DNA from: an uncultured Bacteriovoracaceae bacterium
GTDB taxonomy: Bacteria > Desulfobacterota > Desulfomonilia > UBA1062
Direction of reading: 5' to 3'
Length of the DNA stretch: 64,000 nt
Assembly (NCBI GenBank): GCA_964600235.1
Contig: CAZRIV010000010.1
Location: 72,909 to 136,908 of the forward strand
In this document: positions 44,847 through 54,256 of the stretch, one piece after another
Position numbering within the stretch: position 1 is the first letter of the stretch
Layout: each line of letters begins with the position of its first letter
Program-made: the position numbers and the translations under genes
Notes under the pieces: generated by a model
The model's input: only the letters and a program-made list of their open reading frames with translations
Told to the model about the DNA's origin: nothing
Databases searched by the model: none

Positions 44847-45581
44847 ATGCAGACCGTCTCGAGCAGGCATAATCCCGTCTACAAGACCCTGGCCGCCCTG
44901 AAGAAGGACAGGGGTCTCATGCTGCTGGAGGGCAGGAGGCTGGTGGCCGATGCCATTGCCAGGGGGATCACCCCCAGGATGATCGCAGTCACCGAGAGCT
45001 TTATTGATGCGCACAGGCTGACTCTCCCTCCGGACATAGTCCTTGCCGATACACTCTTCCTGCGCATCTCCGAGACAGATACGCCCCAGGGCATCCTTGC
45101 CTTTTTCGAGATTCCCTGGGCATTGATGACCGAGATTGAGGATATGGAGAAGGTCATTATTCTTGACGGTCTCCAGGACCCCGGTAATGTGGGCACCATT
45201 GTCAGGACGGCAGAGGCCTTCGGCTTTCCGGGCATGATCGTCCTGGAAGGAACGGCAAGCCCCTTCTCTCCCAAGGCGGTACGGGCGTCCATGGGATCAT
45301 GCCTGGGCATCAGGATAACCAGATGTGCCGTGGAGGACTTAAAACGGCTGCCCCACCGGATTCTCGTGCTGGGTACCCAGGGCAAGAAGACTCTATCCCA
45401 GGCGCTTTTCGAGAATCAGGTGGCGATCTGCTTCGGCCAGGAGGCGACGGGAATCAGAAAAGAAGTCCTTGATATGGCGGCCGACACGGTCTTTATACCC
45501 ATGAAAGGGAAAACGGAGTCCCTCAATGTGGCCGTTGCTGCAGGCATTGTCATGTCATGCGCCGCAGGCGTTATCGGGTGA
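44847..45581 (+). CDS. SpoU/TrmH-family RNA 2'-O-methyltransferase
   Basis: SPOUT motifs LDGLQDPGNVGTIVRTAEAFG and SLNVAVAAGIV. Confidence 0.75.
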   Translation: MQTVSSRHNPVYKTLAALKKDRGLMLLEGRRLVADAIARGITPRMIAVTESFIDAHRLTLPPDIVLADTLFLRISETDTPQGILAFFEIPWALMTEIEDMEKVIILDGLQDPGNVGTIVRTAEAFGFPGMIVLEGTASPFSPKAVRASMGSCLGIRITRCAVEDLKRLPHRILVLGTQGKKTLSQALFENQVAICFGQEATGIRKEVLDMAADTVFIPMKGKTESLNVAVAAGIVMSCAAGVIG

Positions 45582-45595
45582 GACGGAATCGTGTC

Positions 45596-46522
45596 TTACG
45601 GGACGCTTGTCAGCATGATCACCACGTTTGTGCTGGCCCGTGCGCGGATGCGGTTGTTCGATATGATCGACCCCGGTCTCAGGTACTTTTTATTCTTCAG
45701 GAGCAGGGCATCATAATCGATCTCCACGATCCCATGCTTCAGGATGGCCAGGCTGTCCTTGGGATTAGGCGGAATGTCCTGGCCCTTTGTAAAGTGAAGC
45801 AAGGCTATGACTTCAGGAGCGGATTGTACGGGGCCCTCATCCTTGAGGTCTTCAACGACCTTTTTCAGTATGCGTTCGCTGTATATGCTCTCGAGGATCT
45901 GCCTCAGACAGATATGACGTTCTTTGAGCTGCCGCAGGGGGTCTGAGGGCATCTTGGCAAGGATGGTTTTTTCCAGGGTTCTTACGGTTGCGCTCCTGGC
46001 TGTCCGGGCGAAAAATCCGATCTCTCCGAACACATCCCCGCTCAGCAGGATCCCGAGTCTGTTTTCATCGCGACAGACCTCGCATGAGCCTGTGATTATG
46101 ATGAAGACATCGGTGTCTGGATCGTCGCGCCTCAGGATGACCCTGCCTTTGGGACAGGTATCGATGTCCATGATGCCGAGCAGATCGATGAAAGCCTCTT
46201 TGTCCAGTGCCGTAAAAAATTTCAACGAGTCCTTTTTCAGCAGCGATGCGATTGATTCAAACTCCTGCTGTGCATCTCCGAATAGACCTGCTGTCCGATA
46301 CGAGCGGATGATGAGAGAACTCACCTTGGGTATGTGGCCGAGAACCGACCTTGCCTTTTTTGATACGGCAAGGGCTTTGAAATAATTCTGTTTTTTTGAA
46401 TACTCCCTCATGCACTCGTCAAAGAGGCCGATGGCCTTATCCACTTCGTTCATGGATGCGGCTCGTTGGGCATCCTGCAACAGAACCCGGGGGTCTTTTG
46501 AGCTTATCCTGGATTTGTCCAT
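45596..46522 (-). CDS. Cyclic-nucleotide-binding domain protein (no DNA-binding domain)
   Basis: cNMP-binding beta-barrel motif GDVFGEIGFF...RSATV. No C-terminal HTH. Confidence 0.6.
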   Translation of the reverse strand: MDKSRISSKDPRVLLQDAQRAASMNEVDKAIGLFDECMREYSKKQNYFKALAVSKKARSVLGHIPKVSSLIIRSYRTAGLFGDAQQEFESIASLLKKDSLKFFTALDKEAFIDLLGIMDIDTCPKGRVILRRDDPDTDVFIIITGSCEVCRDENRLGILLSGDVFGEIGFFARTARSATVRTLEKTILAKMPSDPLRQLKERHICLRQILESIYSERILKKVVEDLKDEGPVQSAPEVIALLHFTKGQDIPPNPKDSLAILKHGIVEIDYDALLLKNKKYLRPGSIISNNRIRARASTNVVIMLTSVP

Positions 46523-46604
46523 GGAATCCTCCTTTAACTCAAGTACAATCCATCAGGAGGATCTGTTCGTTCGGTGTATGGCCGTGGTGCTGTAGATCCG
46601 GACC

Positions 46605-47648
46605 CTACAGGTAATGGTCTTTTATGAAACCTGCAATTTTCAGGCTCGCCTTACCATCACCGAAGGGATTATGCACCTTTTCGAAGCTCATGTCCATCAT
46701 TTTAATTACAGCATTGACGATGGGTTCTCTTCGGGCCTCCACCAGGCAGTTGGCACCGGCCTGAACGGTCTCGGGCCATTCGGTGGTATCGCGGACGGTC
46801 ACGCATGGACAACCCAGCAGGAATGCCTCTTTCTGCACCCCTCCCGAGTCGGTGATCATGCACCTGGCGCCCTTCACCATGGCAAGCATGTCCAGGTAGC
46901 TCACCGGCTCCGTCACCTTGATGCCGGCCGGAGGATCCTGGAGAACGTGGGCGAACATGTTTCCGGTGCGGGGATGTACGGGGAAGATCACTGAAGTACT
47001 GCGGGATATGTCCTTCAGCGCCTCCCAGACGGCAAGGAACCTTTCCGGATTATCCGTGTTTTCGGCCCGGTGGATGGTAACGAGGGCATAATCGCCGGGA
47101 CATGGATTTTTCAGTTCTTCCGTGCACACCTGCAGGAGGGCATCGTACATGACGTCACCACTCAGCGTTCCCTCGATGCCTTCAGCCTTGAGGATATTGA
47201 CGGCATTTTGCGTAGGGCAGAAATGATGGTCGCTCACGTGGTCGGTCACGACCCTGTTGATCTCTTCAGGCATGCTCCTGTCATAGCTGCGGACCCCTGC
47301 CTCCACATGGCCTATTCCGATGGAGAGCTTGGCCGCGCTCAGCGCCCCGGCCATGGTGGAGTTCGTATCGCCGTACACCAGGACCATCTTCGGGCTTTCC
47401 CTGACCAGGACGTCTTCGATGCCCTGGAGCATCTTGGCTGTCTGGCGACCATGGGTGTCCGAGCCGATCCCGAGGTAAAAATCCGGGGGATGAAGTCCCA
47501 GGGAGGTGAAATGGAGGTCCGACATGGTGTAATCGTAATGCTGGCCCGTATGCAGCACCTTGAACGGTATATTCAATTGCGTAAATGCCCGGACTACCGG
47601 TGCAAGCTTGATGAACTGGGGGCGTGCCCCGACGATATGAAGGATTAT
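46605..47648 (-). CDS. wecB: UDP-N-acetylglucosamine 2-epimerase (WecB/MnaA family), start codon uncertain/non-canonical
   Basis: Body matches WecB (HVEAG, DSGG). The conserved N-terminal Rossmann segment ILHIVGARPQFIKLAPV is encoded in-frame upstream of the first canonical start (TTG 47576), with GGAGGT 7 nt before an ATA codon at 47648. Confidence 0.65.
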   Translation of the reverse strand: MILHIVGARPQFIKLAPVVRAFTQLNIPFKVLHTGQHYDYTMSDLHFTSLGLHPPDFYLGIGSDTHGRQTAKMLQGIEDVLVRESPKMVLVYGDTNSTMAGALSAAKLSIGIGHVEAGVRSYDRSMPEEINRVVTDHVSDHHFCPTQNAVNILKAEGIEGTLSGDVMYDALLQVCTEELKNPCPGDYALVTIHRAENTDNPERFLAVWEALKDISRSTSVIFPVHPRTGNMFAHVLQDPPAGIKVTEPVSYLDMLAMVKGARCMITDSGGVQKEAFLLGCPCVTVRDTTEWPETVQAGANCLVEARREPIVNAVIKMMDMSFEKVHNPFGDGKASLKIAGFIKDHYL

Positions 47649-47701
47649 GGCCCTTACCTCCGAATGCGATCTGCCGACCGGATGCAGTCTGCCCGGTCAG
47701 C

Positions 47702-48229
47702 CTACATCTTCACGACCTTGCATTGCCGATTGATCTTGGCGGAAAGCTTTTCGCAGTCCTTCACCGCCGATTCCATGGTCGTGAACGTGTTCCATCTCAC
47801 GCAGTACATCTTTCCCTCCTTGTCGACCCTGAAGGAAAGCCTGCTCTTATCTCTGAGTTCTTTGGCGACTTTCTCGGCTTTTTCCCTGGTTTTGAACGCG
47901 CTGACCTGGATGGTGTAGCTGGCAACATCCGGTGCCGCAATATCCTTCTGGCCCAGTATGTCATAGAACTTCAGATCAGCGGGATTCAACGAGCTCGCCT
48001 TGGGCTTGGGCTGCTCCATGCTTGCCTGGGGCGCTTCCCCTTTGGAAAAGGCGCTTTCCCATGTCTGCTGAATCGGATCAAGGGAGAGTTCAGAGCGGCT
48101 CCCGAAATAGGAGAAGATGAAGCTGACGCCTGCAAGCAGGCCCAACGAAAGGAAAAGCAATGCCATGTTCCTGGCAAGGGACGATTGTCCGGGCCGGAGC
48201 CCCTTTTTCCTGGTGGTCTTCCTCGTCAT
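47702..48229 (-). CDS. SPOR-domain (septal peptidoglycan-binding) protein, FtsN/DedD-like
   Basis: N-terminal TM, Pro/Gln-rich linker, C-terminal SPOR domain YTIQVSAFKTREKAEKVAKEL...YCVRWNTF. Confidence 0.7.
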   Translation of the reverse strand: MTRKTTRKKGLRPGQSSLARNMALLFLSLGLLAGVSFIFSYFGSRSELSLDPIQQTWESAFSKGEAPQASMEQPKPKASSLNPADLKFYDILGQKDIAAPDVASYTIQVSAFKTREKAEKVAKELRDKSRLSFRVDKEGKMYCVRWNTFTTMESAVKDCEKLSAKINRQCKVVKM

Positions 48230-48234
48230 CTCTA

Positions 48235-49896
48235 TTACATGCTCTCCGGGGCACCTATGCCCATGAGCGCCAGGGCATTAGCAATTACCTGCCTTACCGC
48301 ATCTACAAGGACAAGCCTGGCTGAGGTCAATGCTGCATTGTCCGTTATCACCCGGCTCCTATTATAGAACCTGTGAAATGCCGTTGCAAGATCCAAGAGA
48401 TAAAAAGCTATCCTGTGCGGCTCGAGGTCCGATGCCGCCGACACGACTATGTCCGGGTAGCCGGCCAGGACCTTGATGAGATCGATGTCATCCCCTTCTT
48501 TAAGCAGTTCCAGGTCAGCGCCGTCGCTTTTTAAGGCAGCCCCTCCTTCGGCCGCGTTCCTCAGAATGGAACAGATACGGGCGTGGGCATACTGGATATA
48601 GTAAACCGGATTTTCATCGCTTTTTTTCTTGGCGAGATCAAGATCGAACACAAGCTGTGCATCGCACCGTCGCATCATGAAAAAGTAGCGCGCAACATCC
48701 TTGCCCACCTCGTCTATGATCTCCTTGAGCGTTACGAATTCCCCCGAGCGGGTGGACATCTGAACGGGTTTGCCCCCCCTTACCAGGGAGACGAGCTGGA
48801 TAAGCAGGGCATGGAAACAGTCCTTATCGGCCCCCAGCGCACTTATGGCGGCATTCATGCGCGGGACATAGCCATGGTGGTCGGCCCCCCAGATATCGAT
48901 GATCTTTTCAAAGCCCCTGTCGAGCTTGTCCTTATGGTAGGCTATGTCGGGGGCGAAATAGGTCAGAGAGCCGTCCTGCTTCTTCAGCACCCGGTCCTTC
49001 TCATCCCCGAAGTGGGAAGTCCTGAACCACAGGGCACCATCCGCCTCATAGCTCAGGTCTTTTTCCTTGAGATAGTTCAAGGCATCCTCGACCTTGCGGT
49101 CATTATACAGGGTCGACTCGTTGAACCACCTGTCGAAGTGGACATTGAAGAGCTCCAGGTCCTCCCTGATGCCCTGCATGATGGACCGGGCCGCATATTC
49201 CCTGCAGATCCCGACCGCCTCGTCATGGTCCCGGTCGAGGAGCTCACTGCCGTGTATACGGATCATCTCATGGGCGATGTCCCTGATGTAGTCTCCCTTG
49301 TAGCCACTTTCCGGGAAGGGTTCATCCCTTCCATGGATCTCCTTGTAGCGGGCCAGCACGGAAAGGCCGAGGTTGTTCATCTGGTTGCCGATGTCGTTGA
49401 TGTAGTATTCGGCAGATACGTCGTACCCTGCCGCAGCCAGGATACGCACCAGCGTGTCACCCACTGCCGCGCCCCTGCCGTGGCCTATATGCAGTGGTCC
49501 GGTGGGGTTGGCGCTGACGAATTCCACCTGAACCTTCCTGCCGCCTCCGAAGCTGCTTTTCCCATAGTCCTTGCGCAGCGTGGTGATCTCCTGAAGGAGG
49601 CCCGCCCACCTAATGGGTTTTATGAACAGGTTGATAAAGCCCGGACCCGCGATTTCCACCTTCTCGATCATGTCGTCGCGTGTTTCGATGGCCTTTTTGA
49701 TGATTTCCGCCACCTCGCGGGGAGGTCTCTTGGCCTTTTTGGCGGCAACCATGGCCATGTTCGATGCGTAGTCTCCGAATTCCTTGTTACCCGGAACGCT
49801 GACGGATATGGTATCAAGAGCGAGCTCAGGGAGAGATCCTGAAGCGACGAGGCCCTCTACGGCATCTCTCAGGAGTTTTTCCACCTTGTCTTTCAT
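48235..49896 (-). CDS. argS: Arginine--tRNA ligase
   Basis: Class I HIGH motif (PTGPLHIGHGRGA), Add-1 N-domain and C-terminal DALR anticodon-binding domain. 553 aa. Confidence 0.9.
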   Translation of the reverse strand: MKDKVEKLLRDAVEGLVASGSLPELALDTISVSVPGNKEFGDYASNMAMVAAKKAKRPPREVAEIIKKAIETRDDMIEKVEIAGPGFINLFIKPIRWAGLLQEITTLRKDYGKSSFGGGRKVQVEFVSANPTGPLHIGHGRGAAVGDTLVRILAAAGYDVSAEYYINDIGNQMNNLGLSVLARYKEIHGRDEPFPESGYKGDYIRDIAHEMIRIHGSELLDRDHDEAVGICREYAARSIMQGIREDLELFNVHFDRWFNESTLYNDRKVEDALNYLKEKDLSYEADGALWFRTSHFGDEKDRVLKKQDGSLTYFAPDIAYHKDKLDRGFEKIIDIWGADHHGYVPRMNAAISALGADKDCFHALLIQLVSLVRGGKPVQMSTRSGEFVTLKEIIDEVGKDVARYFFMMRRCDAQLVFDLDLAKKKSDENPVYYIQYAHARICSILRNAAEGGAALKSDGADLELLKEGDDIDLIKVLAGYPDIVVSAASDLEPHRIAFYLLDLATAFHRFYNRSRVITDNAALTSARLVLVDAVRQVIANALALMGIGAPESM

Positions 49897-50000
49897 GGGC
49901 GCCTCTTCGTCTGGTATGGTTCTTAATAATCCTGTTGATTTATGAGCCTCTTAATATCAAACACCCGGTTTGTCCAGAAGGTAATGCCGCAGGTTGAATA

Positions 50001-50029
50001 TTGACATCGGCAATGAGAGATTCTATAAG
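50001..50029 (+). promoter_or_regulatory. Sigma-70-type promoter of hrcA operon
   Basis: TTGACA at 50001-50006, 17-nt spacer, TATAAG at 50024-50029, immediately upstream of the CIRCE element. Confidence 0.6.
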
Positions 50030-50036
50030 ATGCCTG

Positions 50037-50063
50037 TTAGCAGATAAGGGAGTCGAGTGCTAA
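50037..50063 (+). promoter_or_regulatory. CIRCE-like HrcA operator (TTAGCAGAT-N9-GAGTGCTAA)
   Basis: Right half is perfect consensus GAGTGCTAA, left half TTAGCAGAT (6/9), with the canonical 9-nt spacer. Overlaps the hrcA RBS region. Confidence 0.65.
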
Positions 50064-50074
50064 GGAATGATATT

Positions 50075-51106
50075 ATGCCCGAGCTAACTGACCGAGATAA
50101 AAGCATATTAAATGCCATCATCCGTGAATATGTGGGAACCGGTGAGCCGGTAGGCTCCAGGGTTATTGCGAAGAAATATCTCTATACCCTTTCGAGCGCC
50201 ACCATACGCAACGCCATGGCCGACCTTGAGGAGATGGGTCTCCTGTATCAGCCGCACGTTTCCGCAGGCAGGATACCCACGCCCGAGGGCTTCAGGTTTT
50301 ATCTGAACGACATCATCGAGGTCAAGGCCCTTCCCCGTCTGGAAAAATCCATGATTTCGCGCCAGATGTCTCTCGGTACGGGAGACATCATGGATACACT
50401 GAAGAAGGCCTCCGTGCTCCTTTCCAGGATATCGCAGAATGCATCCATCATCATCCTGCCCAGGTTCGACACCTTTTTTTTCAAGCGGATCGATTTTGTC
50501 AGGCTCGATGAGGCCAGGATCATGGTGGTGCTGGTGAGCAGGGCAGGCATGGTGTACAACCACATCGTCCACGGCGAGGACGTGTCTCAGGGGAAACTCG
50601 ATCAGTTCGCGAACTACCTCAACGAGGTCTACGCGGACCTTACCATCCATGAGATGCGCGACAGGCTCGTTAAAGAGATGTCCAGCGAGAAGGCAAGGGT
50701 GGATACGATGATCAAACAGGCCCTTGACCTGGGGATGACGGCGCTTGACGCGGTTGAAGAGGTGACCGACATCGTCATCCAGGGTAAGGATACCGTTTTC
50801 AACAAGCCCGACCTTGCAGACCTGGGCAAGCTCCGTGATGTGGTGAACGCCTTCGAGGACAAGGGCAGGATCGTCAGGATCCTCAACCGCGTGCTCGAGG
50901 TTCCGGGCGTGTCGGTCCTGCTCGGCGAAGAGATGGAGAACATGGGAGTAGACAATTTCAGCATGGTGGCCTCGGGCTACCATAGGAGGAATATACCGGT
51001 CGGTTCCCTGGGTGTAATGGGTCCCATACGGATGGACTACACACGGGTGATACCGCTGGTGGGATACATGGCAAGGTTCTTGAGCGAGATGTTGGAGGAT
51101 ATGTAG
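50075..51106 (+). CDS. hrcA: Heat-inducible transcription repressor HrcA
   Basis: N-terminal winged-helix LTDRDKSILNAIIREYVGTGEPVGSR. First gene of hrcA-grpE-dnaK. AAGGA lies 8 nt before ATG 50075. Confidence 0.85.
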   Translation: MPELTDRDKSILNAIIREYVGTGEPVGSRVIAKKYLYTLSSATIRNAMADLEEMGLLYQPHVSAGRIPTPEGFRFYLNDIIEVKALPRLEKSMISRQMSLGTGDIMDTLKKASVLLSRISQNASIIILPRFDTFFFKRIDFVRLDEARIMVVLVSRAGMVYNHIVHGEDVSQGKLDQFANYLNEVYADLTIHEMRDRLVKEMSSEKARVDTMIKQALDLGMTALDAVEEVTDIVIQGKDTVFNKPDLADLGKLRDVVNAFEDKGRIVRILNRVLEVPGVSVLLGEEMENMGVDNFSMVASGYHRRNIPVGSLGVMGPIRMDYTRVIPLVGYMARFLSEMLEDM

Positions 51107-51107
51107 G

Positions 51108-51671
51108 ATGCCCGAAGATAAGGATAGAGAGAACATCAATGATATGAACACCGGCAATGAAGAGATGAATGAACAACAGGCACAACAGGATGAATCCTTG
51201 GAGCCTGCAGGCGATGTTGAACCGACTGCGGATGAGCTCAAGGCCCAGGCCGTAGAGTTTAAGGATAAGTATTTGAGGGCCTGGGCTGAAATGGAGAATC
51301 TGAAGAAGCGCCAGCAGAAGCAGTATGCCGATGTGTTGAAATACGGGAAGGAATCCGTACTGAAGGATTTTCTCCTGGTGTACGATGCAATCGAGAAGGC
51401 CATCGCCCATGCACAGGAGTCCCTGCCCGATGACGAGCACTTCGTTACCGGCTTGAGGATGACCGAGAAACTCATGCTCGAGACCTTGAAAAAACATGGA
51501 GTTGAACCTATACAAACAACGAATACAGCCTTTGACCCGAATTATCACGAGGCCCTCATGCAGGTTATGAGGGACGATCTTGAGCCCGGCATGGTGGCCG
51601 ACGAAATCGAAAAAGGCTTCTTGTTGAATGATCGGGTATTAAGGCCTGCAAAGGTGACGGTAGTTTCTTAA
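51108..51671 (+). CDS. grpE: Nucleotide exchange factor GrpE
   Basis: Acidic N-terminus, long helix and C-terminal beta domain with GFxLNDRVLRPAKV. Confidence 0.85.
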   Translation: MPEDKDRENINDMNTGNEEMNEQQAQQDESLEPAGDVEPTADELKAQAVEFKDKYLRAWAEMENLKKRQQKQYADVLKYGKESVLKDFLLVYDAIEKAIAHAQESLPDDEHFVTGLRMTEKLMLETLKKHGVEPIQTTNTAFDPNYHEALMQVMRDDLEPGMVADEIEKGFLLNDRVLRPAKVTVVS

Positions 51672-51706
51672 ATACAGAGGAGAAAACGTAAGGGAGGATT
51701 ATTCAC

Positions 51707-53635
51707 ATGGGAAAGATATTAGGAATTGATCTGGGTACCACCAATTCCTGTATGGCTATTATGGAGGCCGGCGAACCGAAGGTCATCCCCAATGCCGAAG
51801 GCGCACGGACAACACCGTCGGTTGTGGCGTTTACCGCAAGCGGCGAGCGCCTTGTGGGGCAGGTTGCCAGACGCCAGGCCATCACCAATTCCGAGAAGAC
51901 CATGCATGCCATCAAGCGTCTCATCGGCAGGAAGTTCGAAGACAGAGAAGTCCAGAAAGACATCAGTGTAATGCCGTTCAAGATCGTGAAGGCGGACAAC
52001 GGAGATGCCGCGATCCAGATCGAAGAAAGAAAGTATGCCCCGCCCGAGATATCGGCCATGGTCCTGCAGAAGCTCAAGATGGACGCCGAGGCGTATCTGG
52101 GCGAGAAGATAGAGGAAGCGGTCATTACGGTGCCCGCATACTTCAACGACTCCCAGCGCCAGGCCACCAAGGATGCGGGCAAGATCGCAGGGTTCGACGT
52201 GAAGAGGATCATCAACGAGCCCACCGCAGCCGCCCTGGCCTACGGCCTTGACCGCAAGAAGGAAGAGAAGGTGGCGGTGTTCGACCTGGGTGGAGGCACC
52301 TTCGACATCTCCATCCTGGAGATAGGCGACGGCGTATTCGAGGTGAAATCAACCAACGGCGACACCCATCTGGGTGGTGAAGACATCGATTACCGCATCA
52401 TCGATTACCTCGTCTCCGAGTTCAAAAAGGAAACGGGAGTGGATCTCGGCAAGGACCGCATGGCGCTCCAGAGGCTGAAAGAGGGTGCCGAGCGGGCAAA
52501 GCACGAACTGTCGTCCATGATGGAGACCGAGGTGAACCTCCCCTTCATCACGGCCGACCAGTCAGGGCCCAAGCACCTCAACATGAAGCTCACCAGGGCC
52601 AAGCTGGAGAACCTGGTGGAAGACATCATCGCCAACCTCGAGGGCCCCTGCAGAAAGGCCCTGGCCGATGCCGGGCTCACGGCCAAGGAAATCGACGAGG
52701 TAATCCTCGTGGGCGGACAGACACGCATGCCGAGGGTTGTGCAGAAGGTCAAGGAGATCTTCGACAAGGAACCCCATAAGGGCGTGAATCCCGATGAGGT
52801 GGTTGCGGTGGGCGCGGCCATCCAGGGAGGCGTGCTGGGAGGAGACGTGAAGGATGTCCTCCTGCTCGACGTGACCCCGCTCTCCTTGGGCATCGAGACC
52901 TTAGGCGGCGTTTTCACCAAGATCATCGAGCGCAATACCACCATCCCCACCAAGAAGACCCAGGTGTTCTCCACGGCCGATGACAATCAGAATGCGGTCA
53001 CCATCAGGGTGTTCCAGGGCGAGCGGCCCATGGCCGGCGACAACAAGCTGCTTGGACAGTTCGACCTCATGGGCATACCTCCGGCTCCCCGGGGCATCCC
53101 CCAGATCGAGGTGAGTTTCGACATAGATGCCAACGGCATCCTCCATGTGTCCGCCAAAGACAAGGCGACCGGCAAGGAGCAGTCCATCCGGATCACCAGC
53201 TCTTCGGGCCTGAACGAGGACGACATCAACAAGATGATCCGCGAGGCGGAGGAGCATGAGTCCGAAGACCGCAAGCGCAAGGATCTTGTGGAGGCAAAGA
53301 ACACTGCGGACAGTCTCGCCTACACCACGGAAAAGACGCTGAAGGAGCACGGCGACAAGGTGGATTCCATGACCAGGTCAAGCATCGAAAACGCCCTGGC
53401 CGACCTGAAGGAAGCGCTCAAGAGCGACGACACCGAGCAGATCAAGAAAAAGATGGATGCGCTCACCACGGCGTCGCACAAGCTGGCCGAGGTGATCTAC
53501 TCCTCAGCCGCCCAGGGCGGGGCGGGTGCCGCCGGCACCCAGGCCGGACCTGACGCGGGCCCCGGAGGTCCTTCGAAACAGGCTGAAGACGTAGTGGACG
53601 CTGAGTTCGAAGAGGTCAAGGGAGACAAGAGATAG
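51707..53635 (+). CDS. dnaK: Molecular chaperone DnaK (Hsp70)
   Basis: [29 protein letters not shown] signatures. 642 aa with EEV-less C-terminus. AAGGGAGG SD. Confidence 0.95.
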   Translation: MGKILGIDLGTTNSCMAIMEAGEPKVIPNAEGARTTPSVVAFTASGERLVGQVARRQAITNSEKTMHAIKRLIGRKFEDREVQKDISVMPFKIVKADNGDAAIQIEERKYAPPEISAMVLQKLKMDAEAYLGEKIEEAVITVPAYFNDSQRQATKDAGKIAGFDVKRIINEPTAAALAYGLDRKKEEKVAVFDLGGGTFDISILEIGDGVFEVKSTNGDTHLGGEDIDYRIIDYLVSEFKKETGVDLGKDRMALQRLKEGAERAKHELSSMMETEVNLPFITADQSGPKHLNMKLTRAKLENLVEDIIANLEGPCRKALADAGLTAKEIDEVILVGGQTRMPRVVQKVKEIFDKEPHKGVNPDEVVAVGAAIQGGVLGGDVKDVLLLDVTPLSLGIETLGGVFTKIIERNTTIPTKKTQVFSTADDNQNAVTIRVFQGERPMAGDNKLLGQFDLMGIPPAPRGIPQIEVSFDIDANGILHVSAKDKATGKEQSIRITSSSGLNEDDINKMIREAEEHESEDRKRKDLVEAKNTADSLAYTTEKTLKEHGDKVDSMTRSSIENALADLKEALKSDDTEQIKKKMDALTTASHKLAEVIYSSAAQGGAGAAGTQAGPDAGPGGPSKQAEDVVDAEFEEVKGDKR

Positions 53636-53716
53636 TTTTCAGAGGCAGGATCCCCTTAAGGAAGGAACAGGATATGAGCCTGGCGGGGACCCTGCCTTAC
53701 ATATTCCGATAATAAC

Positions 53717-54061
53717 ATGCCGATCTATGAATACAAATGCCTCGCCTGCAGCTACGTAACAAGCCTGCTGGTGCAGGGGTATGCGGATCCCGAGGACCTT
53801 TCCTGCGAGAAGTGCGGGTCAGGCGACCTCAAGAGGATCATATCAAAGGTGAGCTATCACGCGTCAGGCTCGGACCGCCTGACATCATACGACCCCAGGG
53901 CGCGGCGGTCCGACGGCTTTTACAAAGACTCCCGGAACATCGGGCTCAATGCGGAAAAGATGCTTGAGCGCGCAGGGGTCAAGCCGACCGATGAGTTCAA
54001 GAGCAAACTGGAAAGGCTGCGGACCGATCCGGGAAGCGTCATAAAAGACAGTGACGATTGA
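53717..54061 (+). CDS. FmdB-family zinc-ribbon protein
   Basis: MPIYEYKCLACSY...CEKCGS CxxC...CxxC arrangement at the N-terminus. Confidence 0.65.
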   Translation: MPIYEYKCLACSYVTSLLVQGYADPEDLSCEKCGSGDLKRIISKVSYHASGSDRLTSYDPRARRSDGFYKDSRNIGLNAEKMLERAGVKPTDEFKSKLERLRTDPGSVIKDSDD

Positions 54062-54256
54062 TGCCGGTATAAGAATCCGTTAAGCCGGGTGTCCCTGCAG
54101 GTACCCGCGAATCATCAAAGGCATCTTGTTTCTTTGCCCGTACCCCCTATTGTATCTGAAAAGAGCGAAATCACGTCCCGTTTGGAAATTCATTTCCCAA
54201 AGGCGTTCGGACGATAAGACAAGGAACAAGGTAATACTGCGATTGGGGCGGCGGGC

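Noticed and set aside
48583-49842. 419-aa ORF on the plus strand
   Set aside because: Antisense to argS, which has unambiguous class I tRNA synthetase motifs. It is an artefact of GC-rich codon usage.
53636-53716. Intrinsic terminator after dnaK
   Set aside because: Only an imperfect GC-rich inverted repeat (ggcgggg...cctgcc) is present, without a T-tract. It is not convincing enough to annotate.
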